64,000 nt of DNA from Microcoleus sp. (GCA_052279835.1 CP181291.1:2848001-2912000); one strand, 5' to 3'. Shown: positions 40,479 through 51,415, numbered from the stretch's first letter. The notes: generated by a model not told the origin, from the letters alone. Numbers and translations: made by a program.

Positions 40479-41616
40479 TTACCATTGAACTTGAATTCTG
40501 GGCTTTAATTTGGCTGTTGCCCCATCCTTTTGTGTGGATTTGCTCATAGCAGCTTTCAATGCACCCTCGAAGCGCTCTGTGGCATCATCCCAAGTATAAA
40601 CGATCGCCTTAGCGTAGGCAGCCTCGGACATCCCTTGCCAGTCCGGATTAGGCAAGCCACAGATAAACTCAATGGCTTTTGCCATAGCTTCGGGGGTCTT
40701 CTGGTTTTACCAATATGCCAGTACCCCCACTCAAAAATTCAGGAGCCGCCCCAACAGGAGTACCAATGACAGGAGTACGACACGCCATCGCTTCAATAAT
40801 TGGTAGACCAAAACCTTCACAACGACTTGGGAACAGCCACGCATCGCATTTACTGTAATAATCTTTGAGTTTGTCTTGGTCAGGTTGAATTACATACTCA
40901 CTGTTGGGCGGCAGTGGCAATTCTGGAGATGGCTCCTCCATACCAAAAGCAATTAATCGCAAATTGGGAATTTTTTCAGCAGCTAATGAAAAAGCTTTGA
41001 GGGCAATATCACTTCCCTTCCAGTAAGCTTGGGAGTAATACATCCCAACTGTCGGAATCGATTGTTTTTCACGCGGGCTAGCGTAAAATTGCTTGGTGTC
41101 TACGGTAGGGGGAACTAAAGAAACCTGATGGTCTCCATATCTCTTGTGAGCTATGTCTACTAACCACTGAGCAATCGTAATTTTGTGCAGCGGCAGATTC
41201 CAAGTGGCTTCTACTCTCGCTTTAGGTAGGTAATCAAAAACTTCGTAGTGCTGAAGGAAATAAGCTTTTGCTCCTTTGCTGGGAGATAGTTTTGCTACCC
41301 ACTCCGCCGTTTCCCACCAAGTGGCAACAATCACATCAGCATCCGGTAAGTCTCTATTTTTGATAGGTCTATTTTTGTCGATAATTTTTGGTTTAACGCT
41401 CAAATTGTTGAAGAATGAGGTTTGCTGCTCAGGTGTGGGTATCCAACCGCGTCCTCGTAGCAGTGACTTTGCTTGTTGAATCCAACTCGGTTGGGAAGGT
41501 GGTACAGAGATGACGAAGACCTCATGACCTCTCTTCTTCAAACGCTCTGCAAAAATAGAGACTACTCGAATTCCACCGCTGAGAGAAAGTGTGGGAAGAA
41601 CAAAAGTTATTTTCAT
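40479..41616 (-). pseudogene. Glycosyltransferase family 4 split by a +1 frameshift (or an assembly error)
   Basis: ORFs 40669-41616 and 40479-40685 join as VKPEDPEAMAKAIE if one G of the run at 40692-40696 is removed; EGFGLPIIEA. Confidence 0.85.
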
Positions 41617-42094
41617 CTTTAAAAAATCCTGTTGGCAAGTCTGAATGTTGAGAAACTTGGGAACACTATTCTGCCCGTTAAGTACAAAATTGCCGTGGCA
41701 ATTAAATTACTATTTTTCCAGAACCAAATAAAATAAAGCTAATAAAATATGAGTAATATTTAATGTCATTACTCATTAATTCGCTTTAATTGCACTAATA
41801 CTAACCACTATTCATCTGCCTTAAAAGTTCCTTATAGCAGATATCAATTATCAATAAATGTAATTCTTAAGATAGATGTTTAAAAATAAAAATTTCTTAA
41901 ATTGAGCCCGTCCACCTAATTCCAGGTATAGCAAAAGGCATAGGCCAGACGGCAGATTTGACATACACAGTAGTAAATTTTGGACTTGGAACCACAAGTC
42001 CTAGATTTACCGCATTTAATTTATCTGTGGCTTATTTCACACCCACATTTCAATTTTCTCAGTCTCGTTGTGCCTCTATCCCTTAGCTCTAGAG

Positions 42095-42760
42095 CTAACT
42101 TTGAGGAGGTTTGTATCCCCTCTCCAGAGCAAATTTTACAAGCTGAGCTCGATTTTCCAAGTGTAACTTGCTGAAAATGCTACCCAAATGAGCTTGGACG
42201 GTTCTGGGACTAATAAACAGTCGATAGCTAATTTGTTTATTGGTATAGCCTTGAATAACCTCCCAAAAAACTCTTTCCTCCGCAGGCGTTAAAGGTAAAG
42301 GTGCAGGTGGTGGTGCTACTGGCACAACCTTTGGTTCCACCGCCAGAGGAGTAGAATTTTGTAGGAGTCGAACAATCTCGGCATGAATGCGGTGAGAGCG
42401 TTCTAACTGGGCTTTGACTTTAGCTAATATTTCTTCCGACTGAAAAGGTTTGACTAAATAATCATCCGCCCCTATGGAATGACCTTCAACTTTGGATTCA
42501 ATCTCGCCTTGACCAGATAAAAATATAAATGGCATCAATTGTCCCAAGCGGGTATTTCGTAGGCGCCGACAAAACTCAAAGCCGTCCATCTCCGGCATCA
42601 TGACATCAGAAATCACTAAATCTGGAGGGTCGTTTTCAAAGATAGAGAGTGCCTCAATACCAGAATTAGCACATTCCACCCGGTATCCTTGGCTCTCCAA
42701 GTACATTGCCAAGACTGTTTGACAGTCTGTCTCGTCGTCAACCACCAATATTCTTTCCAT
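42095..42760 (-). CDS. Response regulator, REC + LuxR/NarL HTH
   Basis: ILVVDDE, DVMMP, LTPAEERV...GYTNKQI...ISPRTVQAH. Confidence 0.93.
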   Translation of the reverse strand: MERILVVDDETDCQTVLAMYLESQGYRVECANSGIEALSIFENDPPDLVISDVMMPEMDGFEFCRRLRNTRLGQLMPFIFLSGQGEIESKVEGHSIGADDYLVKPFQSEEILAKVKAQLERSHRIHAEIVRLLQNSTPLAVEPKVVPVAPPPAPLPLTPAEERVFWEVIQGYTNKQISYRLFISPRTVQAHLGSIFSKLHLENRAQLVKFALERGYKPPQS

Positions 42761-42829
42761 GCCAGCCTTGCACCAAGTCGCGTTGACAGTTATTGAAACT
42801 GTAACTCCTAAAATAGGAACTTTAATGAG

Positions 42830-42878
42830 TTTAGCGAAAAATAGGGTCTAAAGCCCCATCCTTCTAGGGTGGCTTTTT
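42830..42878 (+). mobile_element. Solo IS200/IS605-type left end
   Basis: Aligns with the reverse complement of the tnpB element left end at 49721-49766. Confidence 0.7.
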
Positions 42879-43040
42879 ATCTTGTTGTTTTTGTGGTCTG
42901 ACCAGCTAGTTTTAAAGGGCTTGGGAATCTATATCTACTTTCTATTCACCCTGTAAAAAGGGTGAAAAAAGAAAACGTATCCTCTGTTGAAAATTGTCTT
43001 GGAGGATAGAATGATCGTAGATATTTTTGTTTGAGGAAAC

Positions 43041-44387
43041 TCAAACTATTCCTAAGCTTGACATGGAGAGGTTTTTGGATTTTTCGCGTTCAGCAAGAGG
43101 CATAACAGGGATGGCACCAGTAGATACTATTCCCAGGGGTGCCTCACACAAATGTTTGTCGGCCACCAGCAAACGCTCAAATGTGGTGGCAGGTTCGGGA
43201 GGGCTGAACAGGTATCCCTGCATGATATCGCACTGGTGCTGTCTCAAAAAATTCAACTCTGCCTCCGTTTCTACCCCTTCGGCAATTACGGTCATGTTTA
43301 AACTGTGACCCAGTAAAATCACCGCAGTGGTGATGGCTGCATTTTGAGAATCGTCGTTAGCATTGCGGACAAAAATTCGATCGATCTTTAAACTGTCAAA
43401 AGCAAATTGTTTGAGATAACCTAAAGTAGCATAACCAGTACCGAAGTCGTCAACAGCAATCCGAATGCCTAGAGCTTTGAGTTCATTGAGAGTAGCACCT
43501 GCGACAGCAGCATTTTCTACCAAAGCGCTTTCTGTCATTTCTAGCTCTAAATTAGAGGGTTCCAAGCCCGTAGTTTCCAATATTTGGACAATTCGCGCCT
43601 TAAGTTGGGGGTCTGACAACTGTCGGGCTGACAAATTCACTGATACCCGGAACGGCGAAAATCCGGCTTCTAGCCAACTCGCGGCTTGAGCGCAAGCTGA
43701 AAGCAGTACCCACTCCCCAATGGGAATAATTAAGCCTGTCTCTTCTGCTAGGGGAATAAATTCGCCGGGAGAAATTATACCTCGATCGGGATTTTGCCAA
43801 CGTACCAATGCTTCTGCGCCGATAATTTGTCCGGTAGCAATATCCACCTGCGGCTGATAGTATACCTGAAACTCGCCCTGTGCCAAAGCGCGGCGCAGCA
43901 AAGCTTCCAAGGCCAACTTTTCAGGAGAGAGAGCCGAAATTATTGTCGAGTCATTAACTAAATCGGTGAGTCTGGCCTCTGCTTGTTGTAGTGCGACAGT
44001 CAGGGGGTGAGTAATAGTTTGTCGTTTGGAGACACGAGAGGAAATTGCTCCCAGCAATTCGGCCTTGGTAAACGGCTTTGTCAAATAATCGTCACCGCCC
44101 AAGTCCATCCCCCGGCGAAAATCCGCTTTAGCAGCTTGAGCTGTGAGAAAAATAAATGGAATTGTTGCAGCCAGGGAGTTTTGGCGCAGAGTCCGCAAAA
44201 CCTCATAACCGTCAAGTTCCGGCATCTGCACGTCACACAAAATTAAATCTGGAATCTCCGAGAGTGCCATCTGCACCCCTACTCGACCGTTTTGAGCCAC
44301 AATGACTCGATAGTTCTGAGATTCCAGGAGTTGCAGAAGAGTTTCCCGGATTAATTCGTCGTCCTCAATTACCAAAATTTTGAGCAT
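43041..44387 (-). CDS. REC-EAL c-di-GMP phosphodiesterase
   Basis: REC, then YYQP, EALVRW, ELEMTES, DDFGTGY, AEGVET, QGY. Confidence 0.93.
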   Translation of the reverse strand: MLKILVIEDDELIRETLLQLLESQNYRVIVAQNGRVGVQMALSEIPDLILCDVQMPELDGYEVLRTLRQNSLAATIPFIFLTAQAAKADFRRGMDLGGDDYLTKPFTKAELLGAISSRVSKRQTITHPLTVALQQAEARLTDLVNDSTIISALSPEKLALEALLRRALAQGEFQVYYQPQVDIATGQIIGAEALVRWQNPDRGIISPGEFIPLAEETGLIIPIGEWVLLSACAQAASWLEAGFSPFRVSVNLSARQLSDPQLKARIVQILETTGLEPSNLELEMTESALVENAAVAGATLNELKALGIRIAVDDFGTGYATLGYLKQFAFDSLKIDRIFVRNANDDSQNAAITTAVILLGHSLNMTVIAEGVETEAELNFLRQHQCDIMQGYLFSPPEPATTFERLLVADKHLCEAPLGIVSTGAIPVMPLAEREKSKNLSMSSLGIV

Positions 44388-44609
44388 AATACTTAGATAA
44401 CGGATGGCTGTATAGATACCGGAACCTGACTAACACTAGCATAGTAAAAATATCGACTTGCTGATTAGGCCAATCAGCCAATCTATAATTAGCCATTTGG
44501 CTAATCCTATTTCTTCTGCTTGCAAGCCACAATCAAAATACCCCGAAGGTAGTTATAAATATATCTCAAAACTAGGGAATTTTTGAGAGGGAGGAAATCA
44601 GATAACGGT

Positions 44610-45734
44610 TTAGCTGTAATGCTCTAGGATAAATCTGTCTCGTCCCTTGTCTTTAGCTTGGTAAAGACAACGGTCTGCTGCTGCAATCAAGTTTTCTTTG
44701 GAGGTTTCCATCTGAGGAAGGGTGCTGGCGACACCCAGGCTGAGGGTGACAAAAGAACTGACAGGGGATTGAGCGTGTTCAATTTTTAGTCCTTTGATCC
44801 CTAGTCTGATTTGTTCGGCAACGTAAGCAGCCGTGTCCGGTGCTGTGCGGGGAAGTATTACGGCAAATTCTTCGCCGCCGTAACGAGCCACTAGAGTTTC
44901 TCCGGGAACTTTACCAGCCAAGTCATTGATAGCTTCCACAATCCTTTGGGCTACCTGTTGCAAGCACAAGTCTCCAGCTTGGTGTCCGTAATTATCGTTG
45001 TATTTCTTAAAAAAGTCAATATCACACAAGATCAGAGATAATTCTGCTTCTTCTTGCTCTAATTTGTACCATTGTTGCTCTAAATATTCGTTAAAGCAGC
45101 GGCGGTTAGCTACTTGAGTTAAGCCGTCGGAGTTGGCGAGGCGATACAACTCGGAATTGGCTGTTTCTAATTTAGTGTTTGCCACTTCTAAATCGGACTT
45201 GGCAACTGCTAAATTGTAATAAAGTTCGCTAATGTACCAAGTAGCTTGTTGATGAATTTGGGACAGAGCTAATAGCACTTGATGTACGTCTAACAGTCGG
45301 TAAATTTTATCGTTTAACTGTACCACAATAGGCTCGTAAAGTAATTCTGGCGACCGCTGGACTGCTCGCTGAGCTGCCATCACAATTAATGTTACTCCGG
45401 GTAAAATTAAAATCTCAGTTCTAGCTATTTGATATAAAGCGAGAATGGGTCGATGAGCAAATATATCTATGCCATAAGGACGGCTCATATGTTCCATAAA
45501 TCGTCGGCGAGATATCATTCCCAAAAATTCGCCTTTTACAGTCAATACAACTCCGGGAAGTAGCGGTTGAGTTTGAAATAATCGAGCTACTTCTTTGCCT
45601 AAATAAGAAGATTCAACCTGAAAATTAAATACCGAAAGCTCGTTAAGAGTAGATTCTAAAGATAGAGTTTCGGGTAATTTTTCAGGCCAAATAGGTGGGG
45701 AGACAAATTTAGCAGACACAGCGTACACCCGCAT
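44610..45734 (-). CDS. Diguanylate cyclase with CBS-like N-terminal region
   Basis: DGLTQVANRR, DIDFFKKYND, ARYGGEEF. Confidence 0.92.
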   Translation of the reverse strand: MRVYAVSAKFVSPPIWPEKLPETLSLESTLNELSVFNFQVESSYLGKEVARLFQTQPLLPGVVLTVKGEFLGMISRRRFMEHMSRPYGIDIFAHRPILALYQIARTEILILPGVTLIVMAAQRAVQRSPELLYEPIVVQLNDKIYRLLDVHQVLLALSQIHQQATWYISELYYNLAVAKSDLEVANTKLETANSELYRLANSDGLTQVANRRCFNEYLEQQWYKLEQEEAELSLILCDIDFFKKYNDNYGHQAGDLCLQQVAQRIVEAINDLAGKVPGETLVARYGGEEFAVILPRTAPDTAAYVAEQIRLGIKGLKIEHAQSPVSSFVTLSLGVASTLPQMETSKENLIAAADRCLYQAKDKGRDRFILEHYS

Positions 45735-45940
45735 GAACGTTATAGTAGCAATTAAGCTAATGCCAGCTACAAACTAATGCTACCATTAATATATTAGCAT
45801 TAGTTGTGTTGTGGAATACATGAGTTTTTATAATCATAACTTCAGGATATATTTTTGTTTACAAAAAATGTTTTGCTGCGAGGGATTTACATGAATTTGC
45901 CCTAACAGACTTGCTAGGTATGCGGGCAATAAGTAATTAC

Positions 45941-46603
45941 TTAAACAGCAAATTGATGGGAAATAAGGGCGATCGCACCTACCATGATTTTGTGTTCCTG
46001 TACTTGAATGCGAGCGTGTAAAGTTTCTGCGGTATCTTCGGGAAATACGGGTACTGCTGCTTGCATTAAAATTGGACCGCTGTCAACTTCTAAATGGGCG
46101 ATATGCACTGTGCATCCAGTGATTTTTACCTTGGCTGCAAGTGCTTGTTCGACAGCGTTGATTCCTGGAAAACTTGGTAATAAACTGGGATGGATGTTAA
46201 TAACTTTTTCGGGAAAAGCATCGAGCAAAACTTTGGTGACAATTCGCATCCAGCCAGCCATGATAACCCATTGTACGTCATGTTTTTGGAAAATTTTAAC
46301 AATTTCGGTGTCTAAGTCAGCACGTTTTTTGTAGTCGCGATGATTGAGTAAAATTGAGGGAATGCCGTATTTTTCGGCTCTAACTGCTGCTTTGGCTCCA
46401 GGGTTATTGTAAATTAATACTTGGACTTGAGCGTTGAGTTGTTGGTTTTGGATTCCTTGGGCGATTACTTCAAAGTTGCTGCCGCTTCCTGATGCGAGAA
46501 TTCCTAGTTTTAATGGTTGAGTGCTGGCGGCGATGAAACTGGTGTTAATCTCAGGAGAAATTAAGCTAGCATGGGAATTAAGAGATATGGGATTACTTGT
46601 CAT
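45941..46603 (-). CDS. purN: Phosphoribosylglycinamide formyltransferase
   Basis: ASGSGSNF, NIHPSLLPSFPG, VDSGPI. Confidence 0.97.
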   Translation of the reverse strand: MTSNPISLNSHASLISPEINTSFIAASTQPLKLGILASGSGSNFEVIAQGIQNQQLNAQVQVLIYNNPGAKAAVRAEKYGIPSILLNHRDYKKRADLDTEIVKIFQKHDVQWVIMAGWMRIVTKVLLDAFPEKVINIHPSLLPSFPGINAVEQALAAKVKITGCTVHIAHLEVDSGPILMQAAVPVFPEDTAETLHARIQVQEHKIMVGAIALISHQFAV

Positions 46604-46927
46604 TGTTAGATGAGAATTAAATGGGTTGACAGATGGAAGATGAAAGATTTAAGATAGTCTTTAGACCCTTCGACTACGCTTGGGCGAAGCTGATATCTTA
46701 ACTGAAGATGGCAGACAGAATTGAGGAATTCAGAAACAATAGGACTGACATCTGGGTGTTCGGCAATCGGGTTTTTACAGCATAATATTGGGTTCAAATC
46801 CTTTATTTCAGTCACATACCTGGTTGCTAGAGTCCCGGTGGGTAATTCTTGAAATACTAAGGAATTAGTTGCGAGTGTGAGGGATTGCTTAGTTAGTCTA
46901 TTGGGTAGTGATTATTGCGGACATCTT

Positions 46928-47500
46928 CTACATAAGATTATCAAAAAAATCCTCCCGCAGAATGCCGTAAATTTTGAGGTTCCAATAGGTGTCCTTAGCA
47001 AATAGATGTTGTTTCAATATCCCTTCTAATTGCATTCCGACTTTTTCCATCACGCGGGCTGATGCAATATTTTCTTGTGCACAGCGAGCCTCTATTTTAT
47101 TCAGACTCATTTCCCGAAAACCGAAGTCTATAATTGCACTAACAGCCTCACTCATGTATCCTTGATTCCAGTATTTGCGAGAAAGAGCGTATCCAATTTG
47201 AGCGCGACTGTGGTTCATGCTCCATTCGACATATCCGCAAGTTCCGATTAATTTTTGTTCGGATTTGTGAACGATTCCCCAGTCAATCAGTTCTCGCTTT
47301 TTATACATTTTAGTGAGACTTCGGAGAAAACTTTTAGTGTCTTCGATGGAGGTATGAGTTGACCACATGGTATATTGAGATACTAGGGGGTCTGAGCCAT
47401 ACTCAAACATATCGTTGGCATCGTTTAAAGTAATTTTTCTGAGCAGGAGTCTCTCGGTTTCTATAGTGGGTAAATTGGATAATATATCTAAAGGCTGCAT
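46928..47500 (-). CDS. GNAT N-acetyltransferase, RimJ/RimL family
   Basis: IETERLLLR, IGYAL...WNQGYMSEA, NIASARVMEKVGM; ATG 47500 preferred. Confidence 0.9.
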   Translation of the reverse strand: MQPLDILSNLPTIETERLLLRKITLNDANDMFEYGSDPLVSQYTMWSTHTSIEDTKSFLRSLTKMYKKRELIDWGIVHKSEQKLIGTCGYVEWSMNHSRAQIGYALSRKYWNQGYMSEAVSAIIDFGFREMSLNKIEARCAQENIASARVMEKVGMQLEGILKQHLFAKDTYWNLKIYGILREDFFDNLM

Positions 47501-47559
47501 TTTGAGATTCACCTGTATTGTGATACAGTTTAAAACTAAAAGATAATTTTTACAAGCCA

Positions 47560-48450
47560 ATGGTTTCGATTAAATCTGGGCGTTTTAACTGGTTGGACAA
47601 TGAGTCGATCGCAGCTTGGACTTTTTTAGCCCCAGCTTTGTTATTTTTGGGTACTTTTTTGATTTACCCGATCGCCTATTTATGCTACCTTAGCTTTACC
47701 ACTGGCAGTTTCACCCAATCAGGTATGCGTTTTATTGGGTTGAAAAATTATTGGAGTCTACTCACTAACCCAGATTTTTGGCAAGTTATCCAAAACACCA
47801 TCTATTTTACTACTGTTACAGTCATTCCCAGTTTAGTTATTCCCTTGGGTTTGGCAGTTTTGCTAAATCGCTCCTTTGCTTGGCGAGGCATACTCCGCAC
47901 AGCCTATTTTATTCCTTCGATTACCTCTTTAGTGGCTGTCGGCTTAGGTTGGCGGTGGCTGTTTCAAACTGAGGGGCCTGTGAATCACCTCTTAAGGGCG
48001 GTGGGTTTAAATCCGATACCTTGGCTTAGTAGCACGGTTTGGGCAATGCCGGTGCTGATTTTGCTCAGTATTTGGAAACAATTAGGCTTTAATATGGTAG
48101 TATTTTTGGCGGGTTTGCAGGCAATTCCGGTCAATCGTTACGAAGCTGCGGAATTGGATGGAGCTGATGCTTGGCAACAATTTTGGTACATTACTTTACC
48201 GGGGTTGCGCCCGACTTTGGTATTTGCGACTGTCACTACTGCTATTTTTACCCTGCGGAGTTTTGAGCCAGTTTATGTGATTACTGGTGGTGGTCCTTTG
48301 AATTCTACTAATCTGCTGGTTTATTATATTTACGATCAAGCTTTTGCACAATTTGATTTTGGCTACGCAGCGGCGGCGGCAACTTTGTTGATGGCTGTAG
48401 CTTTGGGATTGGTTTATTTGCAACTGAAGGTTTGGGGGGAGGATGCTTGA
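47560..48450 (+). CDS. Carbohydrate ABC transporter permease
   Basis: FLAPAL, EAA loop YEAAELDGA, FDFGYAAAAA. Confidence 0.93.
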   Translation: MVSIKSGRFNWLDNESIAAWTFLAPALLFLGTFLIYPIAYLCYLSFTTGSFTQSGMRFIGLKNYWSLLTNPDFWQVIQNTIYFTTVTVIPSLVIPLGLAVLLNRSFAWRGILRTAYFIPSITSLVAVGLGWRWLFQTEGPVNHLLRAVGLNPIPWLSSTVWAMPVLILLSIWKQLGFNMVVFLAGLQAIPVNRYEAAELDGADAWQQFWYITLPGLRPTLVFATVTTAIFTLRSFEPVYVITGGGPLNSTNLLVYYIYDQAFAQFDFGYAAAAATLLMAVALGLVYLQLKVWGEDA

Positions 48451-48454
48451 GTAG

Positions 48455-48600
48455 GCGCAAATAATTTTTACTATTTGACATACTCCCCGGCCGTACCGTG
48501 GGATTCTTGACACTTCACGGAGATGTGCCACAAGTGGTCTTACCTTCTCTCTGTGTCCATTTAGAGTCGTGGCAATGCCCTATCCCGACTTTGTTTATAT
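48455..48600 (-). ncRNA. Putative omegaRNA/reRNA of this TnpB, including the flanking guide
   Basis: Overlaps the tnpB 3' end and right end; predicted guide ATAGTAAAAATTATTTGCGC; 5' boundary approximate. Confidence 0.65.
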
Positions 48601-49761
48601 TCTTCGCTGCATTCTCATCGCGATCGTGTTCGTTGCCGCAATTCAAGCATTGAACCGAGCGGATTTTTAAATCCAATTTTCCCCATCTAAAACCGCAATT
48701 TGAACAGATTTGACTTGTTGGTTCCCAGGGACTAATTACCCTAAACTCTCTGCCATACTTTTCAGACTTAGCTTCGCAGAAAGCCCTAAACTCGTACCAT
48801 CCCTGTTGGCTAATCGCCCTGGCAAGTTTCCGATTTTTGACCAGGCCCGACACATTCAAATCTTCCAAAATAATCGTTTGATTCTCACTAACAACTTTGG
48901 TCGATAGTTTGTGCAGAAAGTCTTTACGAGTATCCCCAATTTGATTGTACAGTTTCGCAATCTGAATGCGAGTTTTGTTGCGGCGCTTTGAGTCTTTGGG
49001 CTGCCTTGCCAACTTGCGTTGCAGTCTGCGAATTTTTCGGTCTAACTGTTTGTAGCTTGGACTTTTAGCTGCTCTTCCGTCGCTCATCACTGCAAAGGTT
49101 TTAATGCCCAGATCGATGCCGATGCTGTGGTTTTTAGCTTCGACAATATCGGAATTAATCTCTACAACAAAGCTCAGGAAATAACGGTGGGCGCAGTCTT
49201 TGATTGCTGTGACACAGCTAGGGTTTGATGGCAGTTGTCTCGACCAGATAGGACTAACATTTCCGATTTTTGCCAGATAGACGGACTCACCTTTGATAGA
49301 AAAACCCGATTTGACAAAAGTTGCAGATTGACTGTTAGTCTTTTTTTTGAACCTGGGTTGACCGACTTTTTTGCCTTTCCTTTTCCCTTTTAGAGAGTCA
49401 AAATAGTTTTTGTAAGCAACATCTAATTGTTTGAGGGATTGCTGTAATGGCACGGATGATACATCGTTTAACCAGGCTCTCTCTTCTATCTTTTTAGATA
49501 GAGTTAGAGATTTGGATAGAGTTTTGTAGCCTGGATATTTTCCTGACTTGCTTTGAGTTAAGGCATCATTCCAAACAACTCTCACGCAACCAAACAACTG
49601 CGCTAAACTTTGGCGTTGTTGAGTGGTAGGATAGAATCTGTATTGAAATCTTGCTTTCATTCTTTGTCCTTTGTTTTACTATTCCATTCTAACAGGCTCG
49701 GTAAAATCTACCAAAGAATTAAAGCCGTCCTTAAGGACGGGGTTTTCAACCCAATTTTTTG
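48475..49761 (-). mobile_element. Non-autonomous IS200/IS605-family (IS1341-like) element carrying tnpB only
   Basis: Left-end hairpin CCGTCCTTAAGGACGG next to flanking TTTAT; right end finishes with TCAA at 48475; no tnpA. Confidence 0.88.
48515..49660 (-). CDS. tnpB: RNA-guided endonuclease TnpB
   Basis: HTH YRFYPT, RuvC GIDLG / ILEDL / DRDENAAKNI, Zn finger CSNC..CLNC. Confidence 0.95.
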   Translation of the reverse strand: MKARFQYRFYPTTQQRQSLAQLFGCVRVVWNDALTQSKSGKYPGYKTLSKSLTLSKKIEERAWLNDVSSVPLQQSLKQLDVAYKNYFDSLKGKRKGKKVGQPRFKKKTNSQSATFVKSGFSIKGESVYLAKIGNVSPIWSRQLPSNPSCVTAIKDCAHRYFLSFVVEINSDIVEAKNHSIGIDLGIKTFAVMSDGRAAKSPSYKQLDRKIRRLQRKLARQPKDSKRRNKTRIQIAKLYNQIGDTRKDFLHKLSTKVVSENQTIILEDLNVSGLVKNRKLARAISQQGWYEFRAFCEAKSEKYGREFRVISPWEPTSQICSNCGFRWGKLDLKIRSVQCLNCGNEHDRDENAAKNINKVGIGHCHDSKWTQREGKTTCGTSP

Positions 49762-50452
49762 ATAAAGTTGAATGGCATCTTACCCGTTCAGAATGCAATT
49801 GCTGCTCTCTACCTGCCAAAAACATGGTTAAGTACAGGCGGAGAACAGCAGAGGGTCACTAAAATCCAGGTTGCAGAACTATTCAATGATATGGAAATAA
49901 TAGGCTGCAACTAGAAAATTGATACCTAGTAGTACCAAAAACCAAGCCATACGAAAGGTGTAAGGTGGCTTGCCCGTTTTCATTACGGAGTCGGATTTTA
50001 GTTGATTCTTTGCTATCTCTGCCATAGGTCAAAGTCCTAATTAATATGTGACTGTATTTACCACCAATAGCTTGTAAAAGTATAGTCATGGTGTCCATGA
50101 CTAAGGAGGCGTGAATCTCTCCCTTTTCTTTTTTACTTCGAGCGGATTGACCCGCCTGGGCTGAACTATGCAGCTCCCAATCCCATGGCACAAGGCATTT
50201 GGGATTGCTTGGGTCTTAATATCCTAAGACCCACTTATTGAAACAATCGCCGACAATTAGGTTCGGTGATGCTGGACACTTAATCAAAATCTGCTACCGA
50301 GGTAGTCTGAGATTTTTTTGTGTCTGTTTAGAGTCGTGGAAGTTTTTGATCCCGACTTTATAAAGTCTTACAGTACCAGAGAGGGTTCACGTTTGTACCA
50401 TCCTCTAGAGTTACTTTTTGTAACTTTTAATCTATACCAATTGAGATTAATT

Positions 50453-51415
50453 TCAATCGTTTTCTCCGGCGTGGTAGGAACTGCGGACTAGAGGACCCGA
50501 TCGCACTTGTTGAAAACCCATCTCTGTGGCTATTTCCCCCAAACGGTCAAATTCAGCGGGGGTCCAGTATTTTTGGACAGGGAGGTGTTCTAGAGAGGGT
50601 CTCATGTATTGACCGAGGGTGAGTCGATCGCACTTGGCATCCCGCAAATCGGCCATGGCTGCTACTATTTCTGTTTCGGTTTCCCCGTGCCCCAACATCA
50701 AACCGGATTTGGTGGGAATGCTGGGGTCAAATGCTTTGACAATGCGCAGAACGTCGAGGGAGCGATCGTACTTGGCCCCCCTACGCACAGGCCCTTGTAA
50801 CCGCCTTACTGTCTCAATATTGTGGTTGTAACACGCTGGTTTAGCCTCTAAGACTGTCCTAATTCGCGATCGCTGCAATTCCTCTAGGGTTCTGTTTTCG
50901 GCTTCCGGGAGGGTGGGCGCGGTGGCACCACCCCAAAAATCCGGTGTTAGTACCTCAATTTGAGTTTGCGGGTTGAGCAGGCGGATGTGGGCCATTGTCA
51001 TCGCAAACCAACCAGCACCTCCATCGGGTAAATCATCCCTGGCTACCGAAGTGAGAACCGCATAGCGCAAACCCAGCAGATTGACTGCTGTGGCTACCTT
51101 TTGCGGTTCTTCGGGGTCTAGGGGCATGGGAGAATGACCTTTATCTACTTGACAAAATGCACAAGCACGGGTGCAAGTCGGGCCCATTAATAAAAAGGTT
51201 GCGGTTTTTTGGGCATAGCATTCTGCGCGGTTGGGACATCTGCCTTCCTCGCAAATCGTGTGAATTTGGCGCTGCTTAATAATTTTTTGCACTTCGGAGA
51301 GCTCGCTGGCTTTGCCAAGTGGGCGGCGCAACCACTCTGGCATCGCCTGAATTTCATCCCGCATTGGGGAGGCAATTGATTTGGCTGTGGGAGTTTGAGG
51401 GGTTTGGGATGGCAT
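50453..51415 (-). CDS. lipA: Lipoyl synthase
   Basis: [26 protein letters not shown]. Confidence 0.97.
   Translation of the reverse strand: MPSQTPQTPTAKSIASPMRDEIQAMPEWLRRPLGKASELSEVQKIIKQRQIHTICEEGRCPNRAECYAQKTATFLLMGPTCTRACAFCQVDKGHSPMPLDPEEPQKVATAVNLLGLRYAVLTSVARDDLPDGGAGWFAMTMAHIRLLNPQTQIEVLTPDFWGGATAPTLPEAENRTLEELQRSRIRTVLEAKPACYNHNIETVRRLQGPVRRGAKYDRSLDVLRIVKAFDPSIPTKSGLMLGHGETETEIVAAMADLRDAKCDRLTLGQYMRPSLEHLPVQKYWTPAEFDRLGEIATEMGFQQVRSGPLVRSSYHAGEND

Noticed and set aside
49883..50191. 102-aa minus-strand ORF beside the IS left end as tnpA or a small gene
   Set aside because: No HUH/Y1 motif and no recognisable family; coding status unresolved
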